Positions 9,967 to 19,272 of a stretch of 37,287 bases of DNA are shown piece by piece (within the stretch, counting starts at the first letter, position 1; each line of letters begins with the position of its first letter). The stretch lies in the sequence record SRR22947725_534. One strand, 5' to 3'. Both the position numbers and the translations under genes were made by a program. A model generated the notes under the pieces. The model made no database searches. It was not told the origin of the DNA and saw only the letters and a list, made by a program, of their open reading frames with translations.

Positions 9967-10890
9967 CTATAACTTTCTTAACTCTAATTCGACTTCTGAA
10001 GAAACTTCTTTTAAATCAATAGATTCAATGATTTCTTTTAATGCATATATAGGGTCTTTTTTATTTTTTTTGATATATGGCCAATTAAATATATCAATTG
10101 TAGGTGCAGGACCTGCATGATAATTAATAAATTTTCCTTTTGGGTTTTCATCTGACTTTAATTTCCAGTCACCTAAACTTGTCAGCATTACTTCTATTAC
10201 TACAGGACCTTTTGTGTTTAAAGCAACTTTACGTAATTTTTTAATTTTGTCTATGTAATCAAATACATCGTTATTTTGTAATTTAGTGTAAGTTCCACCT
10301 ACACTCTTAGCTAAAAACTCAACATTAATCTCACATCTTCTTTCTTGTATTGTCGAACCAAGTGACCAACCATTATTTTCTATAATAATTATTGATGGCA
10401 GTTTATGAGAAGCTAAAACCAATAATGTTTCATAAAAACTGCCTTCCTCCATAGCTCCATCACCAGTAACAATAAAAACTATGTTTTTTTTTCCTTTTGA
10501 CTTCAATCCTAATGCAACTCCAGCACCTACGCCAAGGTTGTTACCCAATATACTTGATGTATATAAAATATTTTTGTTTTTATTTGAAAGGTTCATTGAA
10601 CCTTGTTTTCCAGACGATAATCCATTTTTATTTAGAGAGTATTCATTTACTAAATCAACAAGAGATGCACCTCGAGCAATATTATAATGAATATTCCTGT
10701 GAGAAAGTATCATTCTATCTTCAGCAAACAACGCATTACCAGCTGCGACTGCAATTGCTTCATGCCCAAGTGCTAAATGAATGGGTATTTTAAAAGATTT
10801 ATTTTTATATTTTTCATTTATTAGCAATTGTATAAAGCGCATCTGCAAAAGCTGAGTAGCAATTATAATTTTATAGTTATTTTTTTTCAT
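9967..10890 (-). CDS. ThDP-dependent dehydrogenase E1-alpha-like subunit
   Basis: IHLALGHEAIAVA, SHRNIH, GKQGSMN and the ThDP/Mg motif GDGAMEEG...IENN. Confidence 0.88.
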   Translation of the reverse strand: MKKNNYKIIIATQLLQMRFIQLLINEKYKNKSFKIPIHLALGHEAIAVAAGNALFAEDRMILSHRNIHYNIARGASLVDLVNEYSLNKNGLSSGKQGSMNLSNKNKNILYTSSILGNNLGVGAGVALGLKSKGKKNIVFIVTGDGAMEEGSFYETLLVLASHKLPSIIIIENNGWSLGSTIQERRCEINVEFLAKSVGGTYTKLQNNDVFDYIDKIKKLRKVALNTKGPVVIEVMLTSLGDWKLKSDENPKGKFINYHAGPAPTIDIFNWPYIKKNKKDPIYALKEIIESIDLKEVSSEVELELRKL

Positions 10891-10898
10891 TTGTTTCT

Positions 10899-11783
10899 TT
10901 AAATATAATTTAAAAAATTTCCAAGTTCTTTTAGCCCTTTATCTAATGTAATAGTAGGTTGCCAATTTAGAACTTTTTGAGCTTTTATAGGGTCAACTTT
11001 TCTAATATTAGGTGTATCTGAACTAGTTTCAAAAACTTTTATTTCTTTATTTAATATTGCTTTACTATTATTAATTATATCACCTAAAGAAACGAACGAA
11101 CTACCTTGAATATTTAATATATTAAATCCAGAAAGTCCTATTGATGCAAAAATTCCATTACATAAATCTCTTACGAAGATAAAATTTCGTCCTGTTTTCA
11201 AAGAACCTACACTAACTTCGTCCTTTAAAGCAACATTACTAAAAATTGATTCAACTGCAGACCAGTTTTTAAGCCTTGCTCCATATGTAATTCCAAATCT
11301 TAGGATACTAGTATCACAAAAGTTTTGATTAAATTTTTGTTTTAAATTTAATTCACTTACGTACTTTGATAAAGCATACTCAGAAGATAAATTTACGGGG
11401 TTAATTTGTGAATATTCATTTTTTATTTCATTGTTTGTAAAACTATCATAAACCCATTCTGAAGATGCAAATATAAATTGTTTTACATTTTTTTTCTCGG
11501 ACGCTTCTATTAGGTTCAAAGTGCCCATCACATTTGAATTAAAGCAATTTAATGCATTATTTTTACAATCATTATCACGCGTTAGCCCCGCTAAATGAAT
11601 TACAGCATCTGCTTCTTCAGGAATTAAGTCTGTTATTTTATTTTCATTAAGATCACACACAAAACAATCTTTTCTGTCGCTTTCTAATAAATCAACTCCA
11701 ATAATTTCAACATTTTTTTTATCACAAAGCTTTATTAACTCTTTACCTATAAAGCTACTAGATCCAGTTATAAAGATTTTCAT
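10899..11783 (-). CDS. NAD-dependent epimerase/dehydratase (extended SDR)
   Basis: FITGSSSFIG, IHLAG, FASSEWVY, catalytic YALSK and LRFGITYG. Confidence 0.88.
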   Translation of the reverse strand: MKIFITGSSSFIGKELIKLCDKKNVEIIGVDLLESDRKDCFVCDLNENKITDLIPEEADAVIHLAGLTRDNDCKNNALNCFNSNVMGTLNLIEASEKKNVKQFIFASSEWVYDSFTNNEIKNEYSQINPVNLSSEYALSKYVSELNLKQKFNQNFCDTSILRFGITYGARLKNWSAVESIFSNVALKDEVSVGSLKTGRNFIFVRDLCNGIFASIGLSGFNILNIQGSSFVSLGDIINNSKAILNKEIKVFETSSDTPNIRKVDPIKAQKVLNWQPTITLDKGLKELGNFLNYI

Positions 11784-12940
11784 GAATTATTTCCTTTAAA
11801 ATTTAACTTAAAATCCGCAAGCTTGTCTGCAATTAATTTTCCAGAATTACCTGAACCAAACCTTTTATCAGATTTATATCTTCCATTTTTTAATTGTTCC
11901 ATTATTTTTTTTAAAATACTCTTTCTATCATAGCTAGAATACATAATGTTATTTCCAGTCTCCCTTCCTTTTTGTCTATCTCCAACAATAACGGCAGGAA
12001 CACCAAGATACGCTCCTTCTCTAATGAAAGATGAAGAGTTGCCAATGTTACAAATTGAATTGTTTAAAACTCTTGCATAATCTTCGGGAGAAAAGTTTTT
12101 GTGATAATAAATATTATCGTCCATGTTAAATTCTCTAAAATGACGAATACCTTTAGAAACATCGTCACTTCCAGCATCAATATTGGGCCACATTACAATT
12201 TTTTGAATTTCTGGAATTTTCTTTAATGAAAGTAATGTTTCAGTTATTTGAGAAAATCCGTTTCCATAGCTAGTAGTTACAGGATGTTGTAATACTAGTA
12301 AATAAGGTTTTGTCCAGTCTATTTGTTTTCCTACTCCAGTGTAAGATTTCATAATTTCATTAGATATAGTTAAATCACTATTAAAAAGGATATCCATTGA
12401 AGGACATCCAAAATTAAAAATATTTTTTTCATTCGTACCCATTGACACTAATTTCTTAGCGGAGGCATCGCTTGCAGGAAAATGAATGTCAGCTAAATTA
12501 GATATTGCATTTCTTACTTTATTATCAATGTTTCCACTAACATCCCCACCTTGAAGGTGCACAAGTGGAATATTTAAATATGAAGAAGAAATTGCCGTTG
12601 CCATAGTTTCGTATCTATCAGCTACGGTTACAACCATATCTGGATTAAGATCTTCAAAAGCTGTAGCTAATTCTACAATACCAAGACCCGTTGATTTTGC
12701 TTGTGTAATTAAATTCTCGCCTTCTACTACAAAATAAATAGATCTAGAAGAAGTGAAACCATCTTTTTTAACTATATCTATTCCTTTCCCAAATCTTTCA
12801 AGTAATATTGATGCACCTAATATTAATTGAAGGTTTAAATTAGGGTGCTCTTTTATAGCTTTCATTAAATATTTAACACGTCCATAATTAGCTCTACTAG
12901 CAACTACGATGCAGATATTTCTTTTTTTCTTTTTTATCAA
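11780..12940 (-). CDS. neuC: Hydrolysing NDP-N-acetylglucosamine 2-epimerase (NeuC/LegG family)
   Basis: ASRANYG, ADRYE, HLQGGDVSGNID, LQHPVT, WPNIDAG, GNSSS and GDRQKGRE; next to neuB. Confidence 0.9.
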   Translation of the reverse strand: MIKKKKRNICIVVASRANYGRVKYLMKAIKEHPNLNLQLILGASILLERFGKGIDIVKKDGFTSSRSIYFVVEGENLITQAKSTGLGIVELATAFEDLNPDMVVTVADRYETMATAISSSYLNIPLVHLQGGDVSGNIDNKVRNAISNLADIHFPASDASAKKLVSMGTNEKNIFNFGCPSMDILFNSDLTISNEIMKSYTGVGKQIDWTKPYLLVLQHPVTTSYGNGFSQITETLLSLKKIPEIQKIVMWPNIDAGSDDVSKGIRHFREFNMDDNIYYHKNFSPEDYARVLNNSICNIGNSSSFIREGAYLGVPAVIVGDRQKGRETGNNIMYSSYDRKSILKKIMEQLKNGRYKSDKRFGSGNSGKLIADKLADFKLNFKGNNS

Positions 12941-12949
12941 TTTTAACTC

Positions 12950-13987
12950 TTATTCAAAATCACTGTAATATAAATAGTCCCATTTCTTTTTATTCTGTTT
13001 AAGCCTTTTACCTATAATATTTTTATAATCTGAAACAGGAATGCCTGCATCAGCTGGCTTTTTACCTTCTAAGTTTTCAAAAGAAATCAAATCACCTAGA
13101 ATATGGTCTTTATTGACAGACAAAGATCTTCCAAACATATTTTTTAATAGATAAAAATTTTCATCAGTCTCTTTACTATTATTATTTTTTCTTGCTTCTT
13201 CTAGATAGCGAATACCTTGTACAAGTTGATTAAATTCATCAACGGTTAAAGATGAAGTCGAATCTGGACCAAACATCCTCTTATCAAAAGTCATATGCGC
13301 TTCTACGATTACTGCTCCAAGAGCAACCGCTCCCAATCCAGCATAAATTTTTCCAGAATGATCCGATAGACCAACTGGACAATTATAGCGCTTCTTAAAA
13401 TCCTTTATTGCACTTAAATTAACATCGCTTGGGGAAGTGGGGTAACTTGTAGTGCATTGAAGTATAGAGAATAAAGCTTTATTTTTTTCTAAAAACTTTA
13501 CAGTTTTATCTAAATCAGATTTTAAACCAAGGCCAGTTGATAAAATAATTTCTTTTTTAGTTTTCAAGATTTTTTCTAATATTAAATAATTACTTATATC
13601 TCCGGAACCAAGCTTGTACCTATTAACTTTTAATTTTTCTAAAACATCAACTGCTGCGTTTGAAAAAGGCGTAGCCAAAAATTCTACATTTAAACTTTCA
13701 CAATATTTTTTAATTTTATACCACTGATCAAATGTAAGTTGCATCCTTTTCCAATACTCATACCTATTATTATCAACATAGGAAAAGTTAACTCTGAAAG
13801 GTTCATTTAAACTACTTTCTGCATCGGCAATATGTATCTGAAACTTGACTGCATCAACACCAACATCTGCTATTGCTCTAATCATAGAGTATAACATACC
13901 TAAACTTCCATCATGAGCTTGCCCAATTTCAGCTATCACGAATGTTTTACCGGAATGTTCATAATCTTTTATTTTCAATTTAATCAC
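12950..13987 (-). CDS. neuB: Nonulosonic acid synthase (NeuB family) with C-terminal SAF/antifreeze-like domain
   Basis: VIAEIGQAHDGS, DAVKFQ, KLGSGD, ILSTG, LQCTTSYPT, GLSDHSG and EAHMTFD...GPD. Confidence 0.92.
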   Translation of the reverse strand: MIKLKIKDYEHSGKTFVIAEIGQAHDGSLGMLYSMIRAIADVGVDAVKFQIHIADAESSLNEPFRVNFSYVDNNRYEYWKRMQLTFDQWYKIKKYCESLNVEFLATPFSNAAVDVLEKLKVNRYKLGSGDISNYLILEKILKTKKEIILSTGLGLKSDLDKTVKFLEKNKALFSILQCTTSYPTSPSDVNLSAIKDFKKRYNCPVGLSDHSGKIYAGLGAVALGAVIVEAHMTFDKRMFGPDSTSSLTVDEFNQLVQGIRYLEEARKNNNSKETDENFYLLKNMFGRSLSVNKDHILGDLISFENLEGKKPADAGIPVSDYKNIIGKRLKQNKKKWDYLYYSDFE

Positions 13988-14931
13988 CTATTAAAGTTAT
14001 TATTTGCTTTCGTAATATTTTTTATAAATTTATCAACAATAAATATATCTGTTCTTCTTCTTGATTCATATGTCATTCCCCCAATATGAGGTGTAAGAAT
14101 TAAATTCTTTGATTTCTTTAATTTTAAAAACATCTCTAATTTGTTTTTTTTTAACTCTCCGCAAATTACATCCAGAGCAACCCCTAAAAAAAAATCCTTT
14201 TCTATTGCATTTATTAAATCATTCTCATTAACCAATTCACCTCGAGCAGTATTTATAAAAAACTTATTCTTCATTAGGTTTATCTCAAATTTACCAATAA
14301 TTTCTCCAATTTTTTTTTCATGATTTGCACATAAAATTATAATTTTTCCCCATTTCAATAAATCGTGAATATTGTCATATTTCACCCAATTTTTTTTAGG
14401 CCTAATTTTTTTAACATCGTACCAACCTATTTTGGCACCAAAAGCCTCACAATATTTTGCAACTCTTGAGCCAACTCTCCCTAAACCAATTATTGCAACA
14501 TTACTATTATTTAATTCATATCCACAATATTGGTCTCTATCCCAATCTTTTTTTTTGTTAATATTAAAAACAGAGTTGTAGTTTCTTAATAAAGATATAA
14601 TGAGCCCAAAGGTGTGTTCCGGGGTTGCTCTAATATTTTGAAGAAAAACTTTTTCATTTTTTAAGCTAATTATTTGGATTTTATTTTTTTTTAACTCGTA
14701 TTCGTCAAGATGAGTGTGTCCCGTTGTTGGTGTACAAATCCATTTTAATCTTGGGCACATTTTAATAAATTCTTTATTAATATCGAAGCCTAATTTAACA
14801 AACAAAACATCAAGACCATTAAGAAAAAGATTAAGATCTGTACCGTCATAAAAAGTTAAAACACCAATTTCTTTTAGCTTTTCATTTGATTTTTCATAAA
14901 TACTTTTATATTCCATAAATCCTATTTGCAT
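13984..14931 (-). CDS. D-isomer-specific 2-hydroxyacid dehydrogenase family
   Basis: TPTTGHTHLD, ATPEHT, IIGLGRVG, INTARG, ALDV..E and LTPHIGG. Confidence 0.88.
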   Translation of the reverse strand: MQIGFMEYKSIYEKSNEKLKEIGVLTFYDGTDLNLFLNGLDVLFVKLGFDINKEFIKMCPRLKWICTPTTGHTHLDEYELKKNKIQIISLKNEKVFLQNIRATPEHTFGLIISLLRNYNSVFNINKKKDWDRDQYCGYELNNSNVAIIGLGRVGSRVAKYCEAFGAKIGWYDVKKIRPKKNWVKYDNIHDLLKWGKIIILCANHEKKIGEIIGKFEINLMKNKFFINTARGELVNENDLINAIEKDFFLGVALDVICGELKKNKLEMFLKLKKSKNLILTPHIGGMTYESRRRTDIFIVDKFIKNITKANNNFNR

Positions 14932-15617
14932 AGCATAGCTCTTAGAATTTCAAGATCTTCTTCAGTATCAATAGTAATTGAACTTTTTTTATCCATTTTG
15001 AAACACATAGGATTTTCAGAAATAATTCTCTTGTGCTTTTTAAAGTAACTAATTTTAGTCAAGTATATTGCTCCATTACGAACTAAAATCGGCCCATGTT
15101 CCTGACGTAAACTACCTTTGTTATGATACTTATTTAATGGTTCTAAATAACCCATTTCATTTTCATTATACATTACTAAATCACAGATATAATCTTCTTG
15201 ATAACAAGAAATTAGAGAATCTGCATTGCTATTTTTAAATTTATTTATAATTGTCACTAAATCATCAAAATGTCTTTGAGGACTTGTTGGCTGAAGAATT
15301 AAGACAGCGTCGTAAAATTCATTTTTATTCTCAAAAAAATTTATAGCATGCATTATATATTCTTGTGCTTTTGACTTATCACCTGAAAAATTACTAGGAC
15401 GAACAAAAGGAATGTCAGCTCTATTTTTTTTTGCTTCTTCTATTATTTCCTTATCATCCGACGAAACTATGCATCTATCTATTACACTTTCTTTAACAAG
15501 CATGTTACCTATTTCAATAGACCAAGCTATTAGAGGTTTACCACATAACTCAGCTAAGTTTTTTTTATATATACCCTTAGAGCCACCTCTGGCGGGAATA
15601 ATTGCAAGAATTTTCAT
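14922..15617 (-). CDS. neuA: Acylneuraminate (nonulosonate) cytidylyltransferase
   Basis: IIPARGGSKGIYKKNL, LQPTSPQR, NGAIY and IDTEED. Confidence 0.92.
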   Translation of the reverse strand: MKILAIIPARGGSKGIYKKNLAELCGKPLIAWSIEIGNMLVKESVIDRCIVSSDDKEIIEEAKKNRADIPFVRPSNFSGDKSKAQEYIMHAINFFENKNEFYDAVLILQPTSPQRHFDDLVTIINKFKNSNADSLISCYQEDYICDLVMYNENEMGYLEPLNKYHNKGSLRQEHGPILVRNGAIYLTKISYFKKHKRIISENPMCFKMDKKSSITIDTEEDLEILRAMLCK

Positions 15618-15654
15618 TTACAGTGTCTCACTTTTTAAAAATTTGGAATAAATT

Positions 15655-16611
15655 TCAATAATTGCCAATTTTTTCACCCACTTTTAGTAAATCGTTTAAA
15701 TAACTAATTTTTACTAACCTTTTATCAGATTGCTTATTTAAAAAAGATTTGTTTTGTTGATATACTCCCGCTTTAAATTTTAAATCTAAATTATCATCAA
15801 TGGCTAATTCTTCAACCTGAAAACTATTTCTTTTCATAACTTTAAGCTTCTCTAGAGGAGAAAAAATAAATCTGTGTGACCTTGTCATCCATTCAAAACT
15901 CCAACGTCCTGGGCAGTTCCAATTAGCATGATAGACAAATGGAATACCTTTTTCAGTCAAACCTGAACCAAAAAATATTGATGTTGATTTATGCCATTCT
16001 AAATTTTCATTCTTATGTTGAAAATTAGATTTTTTTAAATCTGGTAATCCAACAGGAAAAAAAGCTGTATCTATAACATGTAAGCTGTTAGCTAGTACCC
16101 ATCTTTGTTTTACATCCTCTAATTGATTAACAGGACCTTTTTGGGGTCTTATAATTTCATTAAATTCAAAATTCACACTTTCAATTTTTTCTTTTTTGTC
16201 TCTTATTAAATTTAAAGCAAAATTTATAGAAGAATAAAACCTTCTATTAAATGCTATGAAAATATTGATATTCAGATTTTGTATTTTTTTCAAAAATAAT
16301 TTTGAATCTTCTGAATTCAAAAAGAATGGTTTTTCAATTAATAAATTTTTAACATTATGCTTTATTAATTTTGTAACTAAGTCATGTAAAGTTTGAATAG
16401 GTGTTGCTAAAATAACATGGGTAGGAGAATGTTTTTTAAAAAGCTCTTGAAAATCACCTTCAAAAAAAATTCCACCATTTTCAATAATTTCATTTTTTCT
16501 ACTATTTGAAGGGGACCAACCAACTAATTCATCAACATTAAGAAAAGATAAAGCCTTCAAATGGGCTTGACCCATCTTTCCAGCACCAATAACTAAACAT
16601 TTTTTTTTCAT
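15655..16611 (-). CDS. Gfo/Idh/MocA family oxidoreductase
   Basis: VIGAGKMGQAH, LIEKP, AFNRRFY and NSLHVID. Likely ATG at 16611 with AGG upstream; the track start at 16653 overlaps the previous gene. Confidence 0.85.
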   Translation of the reverse strand: MKKKCLVIGAGKMGQAHLKALSFLNVDELVGWSPSNSRKNEIIENGGIFFEGDFQELFKKHSPTHVILATPIQTLHDLVTKLIKHNVKNLLIEKPFFLNSEDSKLFLKKIQNLNINIFIAFNRRFYSSINFALNLIRDKKEKIESVNFEFNEIIRPQKGPVNQLEDVKQRWVLANSLHVIDTAFFPVGLPDLKKSNFQHKNENLEWHKSTSIFFGSGLTEKGIPFVYHANWNCPGRWSFEWMTRSHRFIFSPLEKLKVMKRNSFQVEELAIDDNLDLKFKAGVYQQNKSFLNKQSDKRLVKISYLNDLLKVGEKIGNY

Positions 16612-16618
16612 AATCAAC

Positions 16619-17593
16619 CTAAGTAAATTTATATGGCGGCTTTTCCCCACCAACTTTTAATAATTCAAACAAGGTCAAATGAGAATTCATACTTAATTTT
16701 AAATCAGGTAAACTTATAACGCCATTTGCCCAATCGGCAGTTATTTGACTTGTATTAGGTATTTTTAAATCTTCATCAACAAAAATACTGTAATCAGCTC
16801 CATATCGGTGTAAGGGTAATTTTGAATCATTATTTTTTTTGTAAATTTTCCATTTTTTTTGTTGATAGTCTATAATTATTAAAGAGTTTTTACCTTTGAT
16901 TGACATTGAAATATTTGAACTGCTATATGACGATAAAGATCCCAACAGCACACCCCTAGAAGTTTCTAGAACAAAATCTCCTCCATAATCTTCAAACTCT
17001 TCTCCTCTTCCACTTTTAACTTTTGTAGCGTTCAATTTAACCCATTTAATCTGAGGAGTTTCTTCTTGAGAAAAAAGTATAAAATTGTCTAAAAAATGTA
17101 TACCATTACAACCTAAGCCAACGGCTCCTCCATTCACAGTTATTACAAAATATTCTTCGTTTTTACAAAAATCATTAATTTGCCTTATGTGAGGCCAAGC
17201 CCTTCTAATCATATTAACTTGTATTTTATTATCTATTCCCTTTTCTCTTGCTAATTGATAAAATATTTTTGCTTCTTCAGGATTTGCTGAAATCGGTTTT
17301 TCTAAAAAATACTTATTAGCATTCGAAATATTAATAAATTTATTAAAGTTTTTCAAACGTGAAGGTGCTGTTTCTGCAAAAATAGCAACATCATATTTGT
17401 CCTTAATTTGCTCAGTAATTCTTAACTTTCTGACTTCTAGTTGATTTTTTCTAAGTTCCTGAAATGCTTGTTTTTGGGCCTCTATATTTGGATCGAAAGC
17501 ATCTACATCAAACCCCGCTTTTACCAGTCCAATTAAATGTCTTCTTCCCATTGAACCTAAGGCTGACAGATATGCTGTTTTATTTTGTTCCAT
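16619..17593 (-). CDS. Gfo/Idh/MocA family oxidoreductase (divergent)
   Basis: SALGSMGRRH, FLEKPI, VNMIRR and CNGIHFLD. Confidence 0.78.
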   Translation of the reverse strand: MEQNKTAYLSALGSMGRRHLIGLVKAGFDVDAFDPNIEAQKQAFQELRKNQLEVRKLRITEQIKDKYDVAIFAETAPSRLKNFNKFINISNANKYFLEKPISANPEEAKIFYQLAREKGIDNKIQVNMIRRAWPHIRQINDFCKNEEYFVITVNGGAVGLGCNGIHFLDNFILFSQEETPQIKWVKLNATKVKSGRGEEFEDYGGDFVLETSRGVLLGSLSSYSSSNISMSIKGKNSLIIIDYQQKKWKIYKKNNDSKLPLHRYGADYSIFVDEDLKIPNTSQITADWANGVISLPDLKLSMNSHLTLFELLKVGGEKPPYKFT

Positions 17594-17609
17594 GTTTTAA
17601 AAGAGCTTT

Positions 17610-18518
17610 CTAGATCCAATGATCAATATCATTAACGTCTATGCGATTTAACATCATTGGATTGATTGGTTTTGTCATATCATTAACGCCCCTTTTCATG
17701 GTTAAACCATACTTATAACCATTTTTAAGTCCTATTTTTGCAATATTAAAATTTATGGCTGTTTTTCCTCCATATGGATAAGATAGGCCATTAATACTCA
17801 CACCACTAACTTGTTCTAATATTGTTTTTGAATTAAATAATTCATAATTAATTTCTTTGTTTTGAAGAGAGGTTAACGGAATATGCTTGTTAGAATGAGA
17901 ACCTAATTGATTATTAATGCCTAACATCTTTATTTCTTTTTTATTCATATACATTTTTTTCGACATCTTATTTTCTTTACCAATTATTTTTTCAAAATAG
18001 ACTTGAATCCAATCACTAAGTAGTTTTTTATTTAACATGAAATTTAGAAAATATTTAATTTTTTTAGCTAAAAGATCATCATATTTGTATTGATTAGTAA
18101 TTAATTCATTATCAAAATTTTTAGTAAAAAAAGAAAATTCTTTATCTAATTCGTTTGCTAATTCTGTGTCATCTAGAATAGATCTAATCATATGAAGCTT
18201 ATGAACTTCTAAAATTTTATTATTATTTATAGGAAATGTTGGTACATAACAAATAGCAGAGTAACCAAAACTATTTAATAAATTAATTGCATCTAACTGT
18301 TCTTTTAATCCGTCGTCGAATGTTAATACTGCTTTTTTTTCATTTTTTTCAAATTTTTTGTCAATAAATCTTATTATATCTTTCTCTGACCCTATTTCCC
18401 ACCCATTATTCTCAAGCTTGTCCACTTCTAACAATAGATCATCTCTACTAACTGGATAAATTCCTTTTCCAGAAGATTTTTGTCTAAAATAATGATGATT
18501 AATAATTAATAAGAACAT
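17610..18518 (-). CDS. Polysaccharide deacetylase (CE4/NodB-like)
   Basis: VLTFDDG, LGSHSNKH metal motif, SYPYG and LNRID. Confidence 0.88.
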   Translation of the reverse strand: MFLLIINHHYFRQKSSGKGIYPVSRDDLLLEVDKLENNGWEIGSEKDIIRFIDKKFEKNEKKAVLTFDDGLKEQLDAINLLNSFGYSAICYVPTFPINNNKILEVHKLHMIRSILDDTELANELDKEFSFFTKNFDNELITNQYKYDDLLAKKIKYFLNFMLNKKLLSDWIQVYFEKIIGKENKMSKKMYMNKKEIKMLGINNQLGSHSNKHIPLTSLQNKEINYELFNSKTILEQVSGVSINGLSYPYGGKTAINFNIAKIGLKNGYKYGLTMKRGVNDMTKPINPMMLNRIDVNDIDHWI

Positions 18519-19272
18519 TTATTTTATCATTTATACTTTTAATTTTCTTTTCACTCAAACCACTACCTATGACTTTAAGAGCATTGCTTAATTCTTCTTC
18601 TGTAAAATCACTTCTTTTATATACTTTTCTGTTAAGACTCTCTTGATTTACCAAATATAATTCTCCATTAATAAACTGACTTATTATTATAGGGAAGTGA
18701 TCAATTGTTTTCTTAATCAACCTAAAAGTGATGTCATAGTAATTATCTCCTTTTAAAAAATCAGCTCTTTTCCTGTATAGAATTTTTCCAGCATCAACTT
18801 TTTCTATAGCTAAATGTATAGTCGTGCCCAAAAACTCCAACTCGTCATTAGCAAATGGCCAAAATAATGTTGCAGATCCTTTATAATAGGGAGAAAGACC
18901 TAGATGAAGATTCACAATCTTATTGGGAAAAGTAATCAACCATTGTTTTTTTAAAATAACTGTTCCAAAAAGACATACAACATCAAATTTCTCTTTAGAA
19001 GCCCATAAAATATTTTTCTGCTCATTAATATCGTCAACATGTGTAAAATCAAAATTATTTTTTGATAAATCTGGAAACCATTTTTCTTCATGACTTTTTA
19101 AGTTTTTGAAATGACTCTCAATTTTATCTGAATTGTTTCTGTCAGTATCATAATAATTTTTTTTACTTTCACAAATTACTTTATAATCATAAAAGTGACA
19201 GCTTATTTTTTTTATGAAATATAAATGCCTTGGTTGGTCACTTGTAAGGATTAAAACTTTAAGTCTCATCAA
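18499..19272 (-). CDS. Formyltransferase family protein (N10-formyl-THF-dependent, N-terminal domain only)
   Basis: VNLHLGLSPYYKGS (N-x-H) and GTTIH...KVDAGKI (catalytic Asp). Confidence 0.82.
   Translation of the reverse strand: MMRLKVLILTSDQPRHLYFIKKISCHFYDYKVICESKKNYYDTDRNNSDKIESHFKNLKSHEEKWFPDLSKNNFDFTHVDDINEQKNILWASKEKFDVVCLFGTVILKKQWLITFPNKIVNLHLGLSPYYKGSATLFWPFANDELEFLGTTIHLAIEKVDAGKILYRKRADFLKGDNYYDITFRLIKKTIDHFPIIISQFINGELYLVNQESLNRKVYKRSDFTEEELSNALKVIGSGLSEKKIKSINDKINVLINY

Noticed and set aside
9003-10890. Housekeeping pyruvate or acetoin dehydrogenase interpretation
   Set aside because: No E2 or E3 genes nearby, altered conserved motifs, and the pair is embedded in a sugar operon.
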